Below, piece after piece: positions 30,159 through 40,237 of a DNA stretch of 64,000 bases (position 1 is its first letter; every line of letters begins with the position of its first letter). Both the position numbers and the translations under genes were made by a program. Source of the DNA: a virus (lineage: Duplodnaviria > Heunggongvirae > Uroviricota > Caudoviricetes); the IMG/VR virus record IMGVR_UViG_3300026302_000005, positions 145,301-209,300 of that record, one strand, 5' to 3'. The notes beneath the pieces were generated by a model, which did not search any database, was not told where the DNA came from, and saw only the letters and a program-made list of their open reading frames with translations.

Positions 30159-31522
30159 TGTCAACTTCCGACTACCTTGGCTTCACATCGCGTGAGTATG
30201 CCACATACGTGATGGAGCAGCGGGCTATCCCGATCCTCACGGATGGACTCAAGCTATCACAACGAATTGCATTGTGGTTGCTGAAAGATCAGTCCAAGGC
30301 CGACTCGACCATCGGATTGGTCGGGGACATGTCCAAGAGTAAGCTCTATGTCCATGGTAATGCGGCGGCGGAAGACATGATCGGTCGTCTCGCCGCCCCG
30401 TATCTGAACAACATCCCGTTGATCCATGGTGAGGGTGCATTCGGCACCAGAACCGCACCGTTCGAAGGGATTGGTGCAGCCCGTTATACGGCGGTCAAGC
30501 GGTCGAAGTTTGCCGAGAGCGAGCTTTACATCGATCTGGATATTTGTCCAACTCGGGAGAACTATGACGGCTCCAAATTGATGCCGCAGACGTTCCTACC
30601 ACGACTTCCTTTGATTCTTCTCAACGGTATCAGTGGGGTGGCGATTGGTTTTGCCAACATCATCCTACCCCGGAAACTCGACGACATCCGTGCTGCCGTG
30701 ATCGACGTGCTCAAGACCGGCACCACGAAACAGCCTCTGCACCCACACTTCGAACGATACGACTGTGAGGTCATCCAGGATCACTCCAATCGTCTCAAGT
30801 TCTACCTGCGGGGACGGGTGAAGATCGTCAACACCACAACGGTTGAAATCACCGAGCTACCTCCGGGTATGGCACTGGACACAATCCGGGAGACCTTGAT
30901 CGCTCTTGAGGATGCTGGAACTATTGCGGGGTTTACCGACAACAGCACGGACCGAATCACCATCCAGGTCAAGTTCCCCCGGGTAGAGCTTGCAAAATAC
31001 AACACCGAAAATCGACTGGTGACTTTGTTCAAGCTGATCGAGCCGGTGACGGAAAACCTGACGGTTTTGAACCCGGATGGGAAGTTTGTCCGCAAGTATG
31101 CGAACGTTCAGGATATGGTTGTGGATTTTGTTGAGTGGCGGCTGGGGTATTACCTGATCCGGTATCAGCGTCTTCTGACACAGGAACTGGATGTTGCTTT
31201 GTTCTGGAAATCCTTCCTATCCTGTTTTGAATCCCCGGGAGACCGGGTTCGATCTGTGGCGGCATCCATCAGTGGCATAGCATCCAAATCGGAACTGCAA
31301 GAGGCTGTATCTACAGCCATTCTGAATCAGGGTCTCGAACTACGATCCGACATCGTAGATCGTATCGTGGCAATGCCAGTCTATCGGTTCACCAAGGAGG
31401 GTCAGGCCGAGGCTAAAGCGAAACTAAAGGCTTCGGAGAAAGCCATCGAAGAATACGAGGGGATCATTTCCAGCCCTGAGCGGCGGAAGAGCATATACCT
31501 GAATGAAGTGGTGAAATCATGA
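30158..31522 (+). CDS. Type IIA topoisomerase breakage-reunion subunit (gp52-like)
   Basis: RAIP..DGLK..QR, YVHG, GAFG, catalytic AARYT, LLNGISGVAIG, ITELP. Confidence 0.95.
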   Translation: MSTSDYLGFTSREYATYVMEQRAIPILTDGLKLSQRIALWLLKDQSKADSTIGLVGDMSKSKLYVHGNAAAEDMIGRLAAPYLNNIPLIHGEGAFGTRTAPFEGIGAARYTAVKRSKFAESELYIDLDICPTRENYDGSKLMPQTFLPRLPLILLNGISGVAIGFANIILPRKLDDIRAAVIDVLKTGTTKQPLHPHFERYDCEVIQDHSNRLKFYLRGRVKIVNTTTVEITELPPGMALDTIRETLIALEDAGTIAGFTDNSTDRITIQVKFPRVELAKYNTENRLVTLFKLIEPVTENLTVLNPDGKFVRKYANVQDMVVDFVEWRLGYYLIRYQRLLTQELDVALFWKSFLSCFESPGDRVRSVAASISGIASKSELQEAVSTAILNQGLELRSDIVDRIVAMPVYRFTKEGQAEAKAKLKASEKAIEEYEGIISSPERRKSIYLNEVVKS

Positions 31523-31701
31523 AACTATCCGATGCGATCAACCAAGCCGAAGAAGCACTGCGTAAGATCAGGAACGACCTGGCAGACCGCAATACATGGG
31601 GTGGGCCTGACCCGGACCCAGAGGGGACCAGGGCGCTGATGATAAGCTCCGTTACATTGCGCCAAAGCATTGACATGTTCAAGAAGGTGACAGAGCTTTG
31701 A
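31519..31701 (+). CDS. Hypothetical protein
   Basis: 60 aa, ATGA coupling. Confidence 0.55.
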   Translation: MKLSDAINQAEEALRKIRNDLADRNTWGGPDPDPEGTRALMISSVTLRQSIDMFKKVTEL

Positions 31702-31761
31702 TACTTGACAAACGAAGCCCAGTCTGGTAGGGTATGTTCAACCCAACCTGGAGGTCTTGAG

Positions 31762-32112
31762 ATGATTACCGTCACCGTTGATTTCGCTGCCGATTTTCTC
31801 TCCCGTATGCAGGCCGAGCAAGCCGAATTGCGCGTGACCAAGGAAGACGTCTTTGGCAAGTTCGATGAGAACCACAAGCGGATCGACAACGGCATGATCG
31901 TTGCCCGCCATGATCAGGTCTGCCCGATCTGGGGTGATGTTCTGCCCTACAAGTCGGTGACCGTGGTGATCCCGGAACTCGGTGTCCACGATGGGATCGT
32001 CGGTGATGTCGAATACTGGTTGACTTTCGTTCACGGTGGTGACAACATTTCCAAGCGTCGGTCCATGCCGGATGGCACGGTCGCGATCCGCTCCAACTAC
32101 ACGGCCTGGTAA
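31762..32112 (+). CDS. Hypothetical early protein
   Basis: TTGACA 31705-17-TAGGGT; GGAGG SD. Confidence 0.7.
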   Translation: MITVTVDFAADFLSRMQAEQAELRVTKEDVFGKFDENHKRIDNGMIVARHDQVCPIWGDVLPYKSVTVVIPELGVHDGIVGDVEYWLTFVHGGDNISKRRSMPDGTVAIRSNYTAW

Positions 32113-32129
32113 GGAAGCACGAGGATGAT

Positions 32130-32477
32130 ATGAACGGCGATTTTGCAGATACCCCACAACCCCCCTACTACGCGGTGATTTTCACCAGCCGGTTGAGCCA
32201 CAATGATGATGGCTACGCGGCTATGGGTGATGTCGTGTCGAAGCTTGCGGAGGGTCAGCCCGGTTATCTGGGTATGGAGACCACAAGAGGTGTAGACCGC
32301 CTTGGTATCACTGTGTCCTACTGGAAAGACGAAGAGAGCATTCTGGCATGGAAGGGCAATATCAAGCACCTGATGGCACAGAAGAGCGGCATCGAGCGGT
32401 GGTATGATCACTACGAACTGCGGGTTGCAAAGGTCGAGCGGGCCTACAGTGGGCCACACGGGCGATCAGTCGGGTGA
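32130..32477 (+). CDS. Antibiotic biosynthesis monooxygenase (ABM) family protein
   Basis: PPYYAVIFTS..QPGYLG.E..GITVSYW..WK..H..AQ..G..WY..Y.LRVAKVER. Confidence 0.88.
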   Translation: MNGDFADTPQPPYYAVIFTSRLSHNDDGYAAMGDVVSKLAEGQPGYLGMETTRGVDRLGITVSYWKDEESILAWKGNIKHLMAQKSGIERWYDHYELRVAKVERAYSGPHGRSVG

Positions 32478-32683
32478 CATTGCCCATGTCCGATCTCACA
32501 GAAGTCCAATTCGAGATTCTTCGTCACGCCGTGACAATGGCACGAACCGATCAGATTCGTCATTTAACGACGCTGCGGTCTCGTCTTGAGCGGTGTGGGT
32601 ATGCCGAAGCCGACGTCAAAGCTGCCGTGGGGTTCTGGGTCAAATATGAACAGCAGAAAGCAATACCACCCATACGTGTCTAG
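32474..32683 (+). CDS. Hypothetical protein
   Basis: 69 aa, GTGA coupling. Confidence 0.55.
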   Translation: MTLPMSDLTEVQFEILRHAVTMARTDQIRHLTTLRSRLERCGYAEADVKAAVGFWVKYEQQKAIPPIRV

Positions 32684-32719
32684 ATTGCCTAAATATTCTG
32701 ACATCGAAAGGGTCAGAAT

Positions 32720-34462
32720 GTGAAGCCTGCAAAACCTGTTAGTATGAAATCTTCTGGCACTGATAACCCATCCCGGTATGTTGGTGGATGGGAAGCTTAC
32801 GACCGCCCACAAGGGATAAATGATCGCCGGGATCGCAAGGTTTTGGCGAAAGAGGATACCACCGAGTGGAATGGCAAATACGTCGTTTGGCAAGGTGGTG
32901 GATACCGTGTGGCCGTGGATACCCCACATGCAGCCACCTACGTCACCGTATGGACCGACGATGGTAAGCGGGTGGGTTCCCTATCGACACGGACCATCCC
33001 TCGATATCCGGAATGGCTATCCGTGCGTGATGCACAGGTGGATGCGAAACATCGAAACAACCGGCTGGGCTTCCGCATGTATCAGGTTCTGTTGCAGCAC
33101 CTGGACCCCAAGTATCATGGACTAGCCGGATACCTACCAGATCAAGCCAACAAGCGACAGGTCCCGGCCATCTATCGCCGGTTGGGTGGTAAGCCCGACC
33201 CAAAGAATGCCGACGTCATCTTGGTTCCACGCCCGAGTCTCACCGAGGATAACCAAAACGGTGTTCTACCGTTGAACGATCAGACCATGGCGCAGGCTCG
33301 ACTCTTCTTGAAGAAGAAATGGACTGAACGGTTTCAGGAGCGCAATGGTGCCGGTAAGGCTCCAGCCGACATGTCAGGTTCTTGCAAGTTCGTTTCCATG
33401 TTTGTGCAGCGTGTGTTCGGCGGTGAGATTCGCGGGAACAGACAGCATCAGTTCAATGTGATTGATGGCAAGGTTGTCGATTTCAACCATGATGCATCTG
33501 ATGTGCGAGAGATTGCTGATCCACATCGACACGATCCCAAGTTTTGGGGGAACTCTGAGCATGTGAAGAGCATGCAGTCTTGCGAGCAGCGAGTTGCAGC
33601 CTGGGTGGAAGAATTCCTCAGCATGATGCGAACCGTCGAGAGCATATTCGGTGAGACCATGCAGTTTGTCCCTCCGGAGCCCGAAGAGGAAATCACGATC
33701 TCTGATGAGGATCAAAAGGTAATCAAGCAGTCGGCCAAGGCACCCAAGAAGGTAGTGTTGGCCAACGTTCGGGCGTTGAGTGCTCGTGGTAAGCGGCCTA
33801 GACTGAACCCCTACAAGCTGGATGAAACCATTCGCACCCCGATCTGTGGAACACTGACCAACGAATACGAAATCGTCGATGAGGCCGACCACACCATTGG
33901 GTATGCATCTGTGGTTGAAGGAGTGATCGAGGAGTTCCAATACCAGGATAGCTCCGATCAATCATTCCGTGGCCATGTAGCATCGACCATCCTGCATCAA
34001 ATCGTATCAGAGGCTGATCGACATCAGGCTAACCTCTCTATCCAGATCGAGGAGATGGATGCCGAGATCAAACTGATGTTCGAACGATTTGGGTTCCGAC
34101 TGGATAGGGGAACAGTGATGAAGCGACTGTCTGGTGCCGTTCGTCCCCCCTCAGTTCCATCAACACCTGGGATGTCTAATCGTGGTGTGATGGAATCGGC
34201 GGGTCGATCTGAGACTGATGTTAGTGCCGGTGAAATCTCCGAGTTCATTCAGTCGATGCAGAACCTGGTCAGTTCTTACCGACGATCACAACGGGCCGCT
34301 ACCGATATCTATCATGATTACATGATGACTGGTAAATTCGTGGAATGGCTTGAGGCCAATGTGGTCCCGATCTGGCATGCCGCAGGATACCCTCCCATGG
34401 GATCGGAGGGATGGGGTGCCATGCAACGAACAGTCATTGATCGGTTCCTCATCGGTTCTTGA
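32720..34462 (+). CDS. Multidomain late protein: GNAT-like, Cys-His (papain/transglutaminase-like), GNAT-like
   Basis: VDAKHRNNRLGFRMY..IYRRLG; GSCKF..H.FN.IDG..VDF; FRGHVAS..FERFGF. TAAATA 32690. Confidence 0.6.
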   Translation: MKPAKPVSMKSSGTDNPSRYVGGWEAYDRPQGINDRRDRKVLAKEDTTEWNGKYVVWQGGGYRVAVDTPHAATYVTVWTDDGKRVGSLSTRTIPRYPEWLSVRDAQVDAKHRNNRLGFRMYQVLLQHLDPKYHGLAGYLPDQANKRQVPAIYRRLGGKPDPKNADVILVPRPSLTEDNQNGVLPLNDQTMAQARLFLKKKWTERFQERNGAGKAPADMSGSCKFVSMFVQRVFGGEIRGNRQHQFNVIDGKVVDFNHDASDVREIADPHRHDPKFWGNSEHVKSMQSCEQRVAAWVEEFLSMMRTVESIFGETMQFVPPEPEEEITISDEDQKVIKQSAKAPKKVVLANVRALSARGKRPRLNPYKLDETIRTPICGTLTNEYEIVDEADHTIGYASVVEGVIEEFQYQDSSDQSFRGHVASTILHQIVSEADRHQANLSIQIEEMDAEIKLMFERFGFRLDRGTVMKRLSGAVRPPSVPSTPGMSNRGVMESAGRSETDVSAGEISEFIQSMQNLVSSYRRSQRAATDIYHDYMMTGKFVEWLEANVVPIWHAAGYPPMGSEGWGAMQRTVIDRFLIGS

Positions 34463-34515
34463 CACGATGATAACAATCGAGTATGATCTCTTCAAAGAAT
34501 GAGGAATCGTGTTCA

Positions 34516-34725
34516 ATGATGCCGTTATGGGAATCCATGGAAAACTTTTGCTGCTCGGTCTGTCATCAGAAGACGGGTGGGTATCGCATCCATAATGGCA
34601 CCGAGGGTGGTCGTCCTGGTATGCTCACCAGTGGTAATGGCCCGGTGTTTCCACGACTTCATGGCGGGTGCCCGGGTGAGAACATCCACGTGGCTCCTGC
34701 TCTCAAAGAATGGAGCCGGAAATGA
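34516..34725 (+). CDS. Small Cys-containing hypothetical protein
   Basis: TTGACA 34459-17-TATGAT; GAGGA SD. Confidence 0.6.
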   Translation: MMPLWESMENFCCSVCHQKTGGYRIHNGTEGGRPGMLTSGNGPVFPRLHGGCPGENIHVAPALKEWSRK

Positions 34726-35591
34726 ATCCGTATGACATCCTTGGTGTATCCAAGACGGCCACCGCAGAAGAAATCAAGAAAGCCTATCGGGTCAAGGCCA
34801 AAGAACTGCATCCGGATCAGCAGGGTGGTGATGATACCAAGTTCAAAGAGCTTGGTGCGGCGTATGACATTTTGAAAGATGAGTCCAAGCGAGCGGCATA
34901 CGATGCCGGTGGAAATGAAGCGCGACCCCGTAGTTCCAATCCAGGACAACGCCAGTGGCAGTGGAATCGTTACCATGGTGACGATCCGTTCAATGATCCT
35001 TACATGGCGGCTCGACGGGCTGGTATGTGGGATCGTGGTGGACCGACTGTCAACAACGTTCAGATCAACATCGGGGTTCCGATTGACATCATGATTCATG
35101 GTGGGGAAGTAACCATTCCGGTTCAGGTCCCCAGGGTCGGCACTGTCAACGGGGGGATTGCTCAGTTCCAGTTCGAGACTCATATGCTGCGGGTCAAGAT
35201 CGACCCAATGACACCTGTTGGGCGTATGATTCACATCATGCCGGATGATCATTCCATTCCAGATGTTCACAAGATCATCGCTACGGTGTTTCCGGACAAG
35301 ACGACCGGCAAGAACTATCGGGTGGAACAGATCGATATCCATGTGATGATTCAGGTCGATGCATTCGATGCCCTACTGGGCCATCAGATCGATGTCATGC
35401 TACCCACGGACGAGACCGTCCGGGTCACTCTACCGGCTGGAATCTCCACCGGTAAGAACATTAGGCTGGCAGGCAAAGGACTTATCGATCTTGGTGGAAA
35501 TCGAGGCGATGTCTATCTAGTTGTGGGGTTGTCGCTCCCCATCCTGACAGCCGATCAGAAGGCAAAAATAGAAGCGATTCTTCGCTCCTGA
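34722..35591 (+). CDS. DnaJ/CbpA-type co-chaperone
   Basis: J-domain [23 protein letters not shown]; C-terminal LAGKG..RGDVY; no Zn finger. Confidence 0.92.
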   Translation: MNPYDILGVSKTATAEEIKKAYRVKAKELHPDQQGGDDTKFKELGAAYDILKDESKRAAYDAGGNEARPRSSNPGQRQWQWNRYHGDDPFNDPYMAARRAGMWDRGGPTVNNVQINIGVPIDIMIHGGEVTIPVQVPRVGTVNGGIAQFQFETHMLRVKIDPMTPVGRMIHIMPDDHSIPDVHKIIATVFPDKTTGKNYRVEQIDIHVMIQVDAFDALLGHQIDVMLPTDETVRVTLPAGISTGKNIRLAGKGLIDLGGNRGDVYLVVGLSLPILTADQKAKIEAILRS

Positions 35592-35616
35592 AAGCCTTGA
35601 AACTACCTCAACAGGC

Positions 35617-35697
35617 TCCTATCATATAGTGTTCAGGCCAGCAGCCGAACGCAAAATGTGGTATTTGTGAAACACAAAACAACACTATATGGACAAA
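35617..35697 (+). promoter_or_regulatory. Three NrdR-box-like sites upstream of nrdJ
   Basis: TCCTATCATATAGTGT (35617), ACGCAAAATGTGGTAT (35649), ACACTATATGG (35682), spaced 32-33 bp; resemble acaCwAtATaTwGtgt. Confidence 0.6.
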
Positions 35698-35812
35698 CAG
35701 GGAACTACCATGACGAATACCCGTCGTGGGTAAATATCCCTGCGTCACCGGCAAAGCGGTGCCCCAGAAGGTCATTCGACCCTGGATCAATTCAACATTA
35801 TGAGGTAGAACT

Positions 35813-38173
35813 ATGAGTCTGGATATGAGTGGCGATTTTCGACCACTGCACCCCGGTATGGGGCAAGCTGTTGCCGAGCGAACCATCCTTCGAAAAAAGG
35901 AAAACGGTTCGTTTGAGACGTGGGGTGATGTTGCAGATCGGGTCGCGGTCGGGAACACATCACTGTGCCCGATGTCTGAAAGTATCCCAGGCGAACGAGC
36001 CCTGCTTCGGAAGCACATCGCCAAGGCATCCTTGTTGATGTCAGGTCGCCATCTCCAGCATGGGGATGCAACCCAATCCACCCGGAACATGGAAGTCTTT
36101 ACGAACTGTTCCACCGCCCCGGCCAGCTTTCTGTTGTTCTACCTGCTACTGAATGGCTCCGGTGTAGGTCGCTCCTATGACGACGCAATGATCCTGATCG
36201 ACTGGGACAACGCCCCGAATGTTCGGGTTGTTCTGGACGAGAATCATCCGGACTTCGATTTCTCGGCGCATGAATCCGTGCGTGATGCACTCCACAAGTA
36301 TGGCCCTGACAGCAAGAAGGTCATGTGGTATCGAGTGCCTGATAGCCGCGAAGGTTGGGCCAAGGCTCTGGAAATGTATGAACTGGCTGCATTCGAGAAG
36401 GTTCACAAGGACAAGATGCTTGTTCTGGATTTCTCCGATGTTCGTGCCAAAGGGTTGCCCATCGGTGGTATGCAGAACCGACCGGCTTCCGGCCCGGTGC
36501 CGCTGATGAACGCATTCATGAAAGCCGCATCTCTCAAAGGCTCCGGACTGAACCCGTGGCATCAGGCGATGTATGTGGACCACTATTTTGCCGAGTGCGT
36601 CCTGGTTGGTGGTGCCCGTCGTGCCGCTCGCATGAGCACGAAGTTCTGGAAGGACCCATCTGTCGTAGACTTCATCGAGATCAAGCGTCCGATTGAGTAT
36701 GCCGGTATGTCTGCCGAAGACGTGATGTCTTTCCGGAATTCATCTTCTCCCCAGTCCTTCCTGTGGTCTTCCAATAACTCCGTCACGGTTGATGCTGAGT
36801 TTTGGACACAGCTTGAAATCAAACGGGGCACGGATGAATACAACACCCCGCTGGCTCAACATGCTCGCAAGGTGTGGAAGCGTATCGTCGAATGCTCCTA
36901 CGGCGACGGAACCGGTGAACCCGGCCTGATCAACGTGGACAAACTGGTTCACAACAACAAGGGTTGGGATAACCTCTCTCGGGGTGATTACGTCGGCTAT
37001 GCCAAGTATCAACTCCAGGATGAAACCCAAATCCTGATGTCGAAGCTCGCCAAGAAGGCGAAGACGATGAAATACAACATGATCACCAACCCGTGCGGCG
37101 AGATCGCTCTGAACGTGCTTGGTGGCTATTGTGTGATCGCCGACGTGGTTCCCTACCACGCAGACACCCTGGAAGAGGCTCTGGAGGCGTTCCGTGTGGC
37201 TACCCGTGCCCTGATGAGGGTAAACCTCATGGACAGCCTCTACAAGCAAGAGGTGACCCGCACCAACCGGATTGGCGTCGGTATGACCGGTGTCCATGAA
37301 TTCGCCTGGAAGTTCTTCAAGGTTGGGTTCAAGGACCTGGTGAATCCGGACTTTGACGGTTTTCAAGAATTGCGGAGCTTTGGTTTGGACGTGGATGCTA
37401 TCCGCAACAACGAACATGCGCGTATTCGTGCGGCTGCATTCTGGCTGACCCTGGCCCGGTTCAACGCCGCAGTCAATGATGAGGCCGAATCGTATGCCGC
37501 TGTTCTGGGTGTATCGATGCCTCACACGACCATGACGATCAAACCTGCTGGCACCACCAGCAAGCTGTTTGGTCTGACCGAGGGTTGGCATTTGCCGTCG
37601 ATGGCATTCCTGTTGCGCTGGGTGCAGTTCCGTTCCGACGATCCCCAACTCCAAAAGTATCGGAACGAAGGCTACCCGGTTCGTGATCTCAAGTCCTATC
37701 AGGGCACGACCATCGTGGGCTTCCCAACAGCACCTACCATCGCTACCCTGGGTATGGGTGACGAACTGGTTCTGGCTGGTGATGCATCCCCTGAGGATCA
37801 ATACCGGTGGCTCCAACTGGGTGAGCAGTTCTTCATCCATGGTGTCGATCTGACCACGATGCAGCCTGTTTCCCGCAACACCGGTAACCAGATCAGCTAC
37901 ACGCTGAAATACAAGCCGACCGTAACTGGTCTGGACGAATTCAGATCGATGATGCGTAAGTATCAGCCGCTGATTCGTGCTTGCTCGGTGATGCCGCAGT
38001 CTGATACCTCTGCCTACGAGTATCAACCAGAAGAGGCCGTCTCCAAGGCCCGGTATGAAGAAATCTCACGGGCCATTCGCACGGAACTGGAAGAGGACAT
38101 CGGGCGGGAGCATTTGAACTGTGACAACGGGGCATGTCCGGTGGACTTCTCGTCCGGATCGAAAGCCGCCTGA
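35813..38173 (+). CDS. nrdJ: Class II (B12-dependent) ribonucleotide reductase
   Basis: SGRHL, NCS, GSGVG, ASGP, VGGARRAA, GEPG, TNPCGEI, RIGVG, KPAGT, C-terminal CDNGACP; no small-subunit gene adjacent. Confidence 0.88.
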   Translation: MSLDMSGDFRPLHPGMGQAVAERTILRKKENGSFETWGDVADRVAVGNTSLCPMSESIPGERALLRKHIAKASLLMSGRHLQHGDATQSTRNMEVFTNCSTAPASFLLFYLLLNGSGVGRSYDDAMILIDWDNAPNVRVVLDENHPDFDFSAHESVRDALHKYGPDSKKVMWYRVPDSREGWAKALEMYELAAFEKVHKDKMLVLDFSDVRAKGLPIGGMQNRPASGPVPLMNAFMKAASLKGSGLNPWHQAMYVDHYFAECVLVGGARRAARMSTKFWKDPSVVDFIEIKRPIEYAGMSAEDVMSFRNSSSPQSFLWSSNNSVTVDAEFWTQLEIKRGTDEYNTPLAQHARKVWKRIVECSYGDGTGEPGLINVDKLVHNNKGWDNLSRGDYVGYAKYQLQDETQILMSKLAKKAKTMKYNMITNPCGEIALNVLGGYCVIADVVPYHADTLEEALEAFRVATRALMRVNLMDSLYKQEVTRTNRIGVGMTGVHEFAWKFFKVGFKDLVNPDFDGFQELRSFGLDVDAIRNNEHARIRAAAFWLTLARFNAAVNDEAESYAAVLGVSMPHTTMTIKPAGTTSKLFGLTEGWHLPSMAFLLRWVQFRSDDPQLQKYRNEGYPVRDLKSYQGTTIVGFPTAPTIATLGMGDELVLAGDASPEDQYRWLQLGEQFFIHGVDLTTMQPVSRNTGNQISYTLKYKPTVTGLDEFRSMMRKYQPLIRACSVMPQSDTSAYEYQPEEAVSKARYEEISRAIRTELEEDIGREHLNCDNGACPVDFSSGSKAA

Positions 38174-38180
38174 TTGGAGA

Positions 38181-38210
38181 TTGGCCCGGGGTAACTCCCG
38201 GGCCAAATTC
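38181..38210 (+). terminator. Hairpin/terminator after nrdJ
   Basis: TTGGCCCGGG-GTAACT-CCCGGGCCAA. Confidence 0.7.
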
Positions 38211-38285
38211 ATTCGGCTATGCCATTCTGAAACTCACACGAATGTCAGTCCGGTATGGGCTAAATACACCGTGGGAGAGTATCTA

Positions 38286-38660
38286 ATGTCAACATATCCT
38301 AGCATCTATGCGACTGTGGTCTTTGACCTTCATCCGAAGGTCAAGGAGTTTATTGATCGACTGAACACCGATGGTCAGATCGATCTTGATCCGACTGGAT
38401 ATCCGTATCTGATCAGCGTGGATCGGAACGGCCCGAACTTCATTGCCAAGATCAGTCGTAACAATCGGATAGAAAACTTCGTTCTGAACCCCCGCAAGCA
38501 CGTCGATCCGGTATGCTCGTGGAACTCGGCTGATGGGTTTGTGCGACCCCAGCAGAAACAGGTCTCGGTAGTGCAGACGGCAGAACCAGCCGGTCGTGAA
38601 AGGACCAAGGTTCCGCCCACCGCATTTGAGGCCATCGTCGAGTCTATTCTGAAAGGATGA
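38286..38660 (+). CDS. Hypothetical late protein
   Basis: TAAATA 38261, GGAG SD. Confidence 0.7.
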   Translation: MSTYPSIYATVVFDLHPKVKEFIDRLNTDGQIDLDPTGYPYLISVDRNGPNFIAKISRNNRIENFVLNPRKHVDPVCSWNSADGFVRPQQKQVSVVQTAEPAGRERTKVPPTAFEAIVESILKG

Positions 38661-38663
38661 GCT

Positions 38664-39011
38664 ATGGACGACATCATCAATCGTGGCATCATCTACGGCA
38701 CCCATCCACCCAAAGGGATATACTTCACCGTTACGGTTGAATACAACCCAACACACCCCATATTCGATGGTAAGATCAAACCCGGAGAGGGCCTGATGTC
38801 GTCTCCGATCAAAACTTTCCCTGATGCAATGACTGCATCGGAAACACTGGTGGAACAGCTACGGGACAAACAATTTGTGGGTTCGTCAGCAGTAGAGATC
38901 GATCCTTTCGAACATGGTGGTTTTCATACGTTGCTCAATGATGCATCGCAAAACCCGATTGCTCGCATCGGAATCATCACCCACGACTATCGCACCGTCA
39001 CTGTCCACTGA
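38664..39011 (+). CDS. Hypothetical protein
   Basis: 115-aa ORF in the operon. Confidence 0.7.
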   Translation: MDDIINRGIIYGTHPPKGIYFTVTVEYNPTHPIFDGKIKPGEGLMSSPIKTFPDAMTASETLVEQLRDKQFVGSSAVEIDPFEHGGFHTLLNDASQNPIARIGIITHDYRTVTVH

Positions 39012-39022
39012 AGGAAATTCAG

Positions 39023-39493
39023 ATGCCAAAAAAGCCAACTCTCCGGAAGCGTAAGCCTGTTGCCGAAGGCGATTATGAAGTCATTGTCAAGGACACCAGT
39101 CCTGGTGCAAAGGTCAAGGCAACGGCTTCTGATGTCGATGCGATCAGCCCGGATGCTGCTATGAAAGCAGCAGTCCCACAGGGCACCGCACATGGGTCGG
39201 AAGAGGTCGTGGTTCGGAAAAAGGACCCACGGGCGGATAAGAGCAATCCATCCAACCATGGTGTATTGGGCGAAGCTGCTTTGGCGGCGATTTCCTATCC
39301 GTATCGGCTGGGTCTTCCTGCTACGTTCCGATCCATGATTGAGACAATAGATTTGCCGCATCGAATTGTTGGGGATGGGATCGTGATCAAGTTCACCACC
39401 CCAGAGGCCCTGACTGAGGGCATGAAGCGGTTGTTGGGTTCAACTGACCGTCGAGCGGCACTCGTTCTGGACGGGATCAAACGGAGTATCTGA
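39023..39493 (+). CDS. Hypothetical protein
   Basis: AAGGA SD; 156 aa. Confidence 0.7.
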   Translation: MPKKPTLRKRKPVAEGDYEVIVKDTSPGAKVKATASDVDAISPDAAMKAAVPQGTAHGSEEVVVRKKDPRADKSNPSNHGVLGEAALAAISYPYRLGLPATFRSMIETIDLPHRIVGDGIVIKFTTPEALTEGMKRLLGSTDRRAALVLDGIKRSI

Positions 39494-40221
39494 TGACAAC
39501 TGCATTCACGCTCAGTGGTTGGAAGACCACTACCGCAACCGCCTTGATAGGTAGACTTCCACTACAGACGTTTGCCACTGTCCTCCCGATGATCGATTCC
39601 TATCTGGCATCGATTGGTGGATGGATTCCAAATAGTCCGTCTGATTCTACCGGCCCGGGATACCCTGCTAATGGTCTCACACCGGAGCAGGCCGCAGATG
39701 CAATCACCACCGAGCAGCTTACTCGGGTCCATCGTTTGTCTGCGAACGTCATCGTGAGTCTAAACCTGGAGTTCATCGCCAACCTGGCACCAGGACAACC
39801 CAGTGCTGACATCATCGCCCAGATGCAACCGCTTATCGAGGATTTCCTTGAGAAGCAATTTCAGAATGAGCCTATCGATCTGGTATCGATCAACACCGTA
39901 AGCGGAACCGTGGTGGCTGGCGGGTTGCTGACCGCATCCCAGCGGCAGGACATCCAGACCAAGATTGCGGCTGGTGAAATTCGTCAAGACCCCCGGCGTG
40001 TTGCGATAAACGCTGCTCGCACCCTCTACAACCTCGACACGACCTGGAATGCTCACGTCATGTATACGGAGCCAGATCAAGAGTTGGTGGTTGTGATTCG
40101 GAAATACGCAAATACCAACTATGGCACCCTTGACACGACCGCGACGAGTCAATACGTGTTCAGTATCGGTTTCGACGATTTTCGTGTGATCGGCGGGATC
40201 GTTATCCCAGTAAATCCATAA
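39493..40221 (+). CDS. Hypothetical protein
   Basis: 242 aa, TGATG coupling. Confidence 0.7.
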   Translation: MTTAFTLSGWKTTTATALIGRLPLQTFATVLPMIDSYLASIGGWIPNSPSDSTGPGYPANGLTPEQAADAITTEQLTRVHRLSANVIVSLNLEFIANLAPGQPSADIIAQMQPLIEDFLEKQFQNEPIDLVSINTVSGTVVAGGLLTASQRQDIQTKIAAGEIRQDPRRVAINAARTLYNLDTTWNAHVMYTEPDQELVVVIRKYANTNYGTLDTTATSQYVFSIGFDDFRVIGGIVIPVNP

Positions 40222-40237
40222 GGATAGGACATCCATC

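Noticed and set aside
35698-35812. Cobalamin riboswitch before the B12-dependent RNR
   Set aside because: GGGAA is present, but the B12 box and other conserved elements are not visible.
27531-38173. Introns or inteins in topoisomerase and RNR genes
   Set aside because: The ORFs are continuous and of expected size, with no intein or LAGLIDADG motifs seen.
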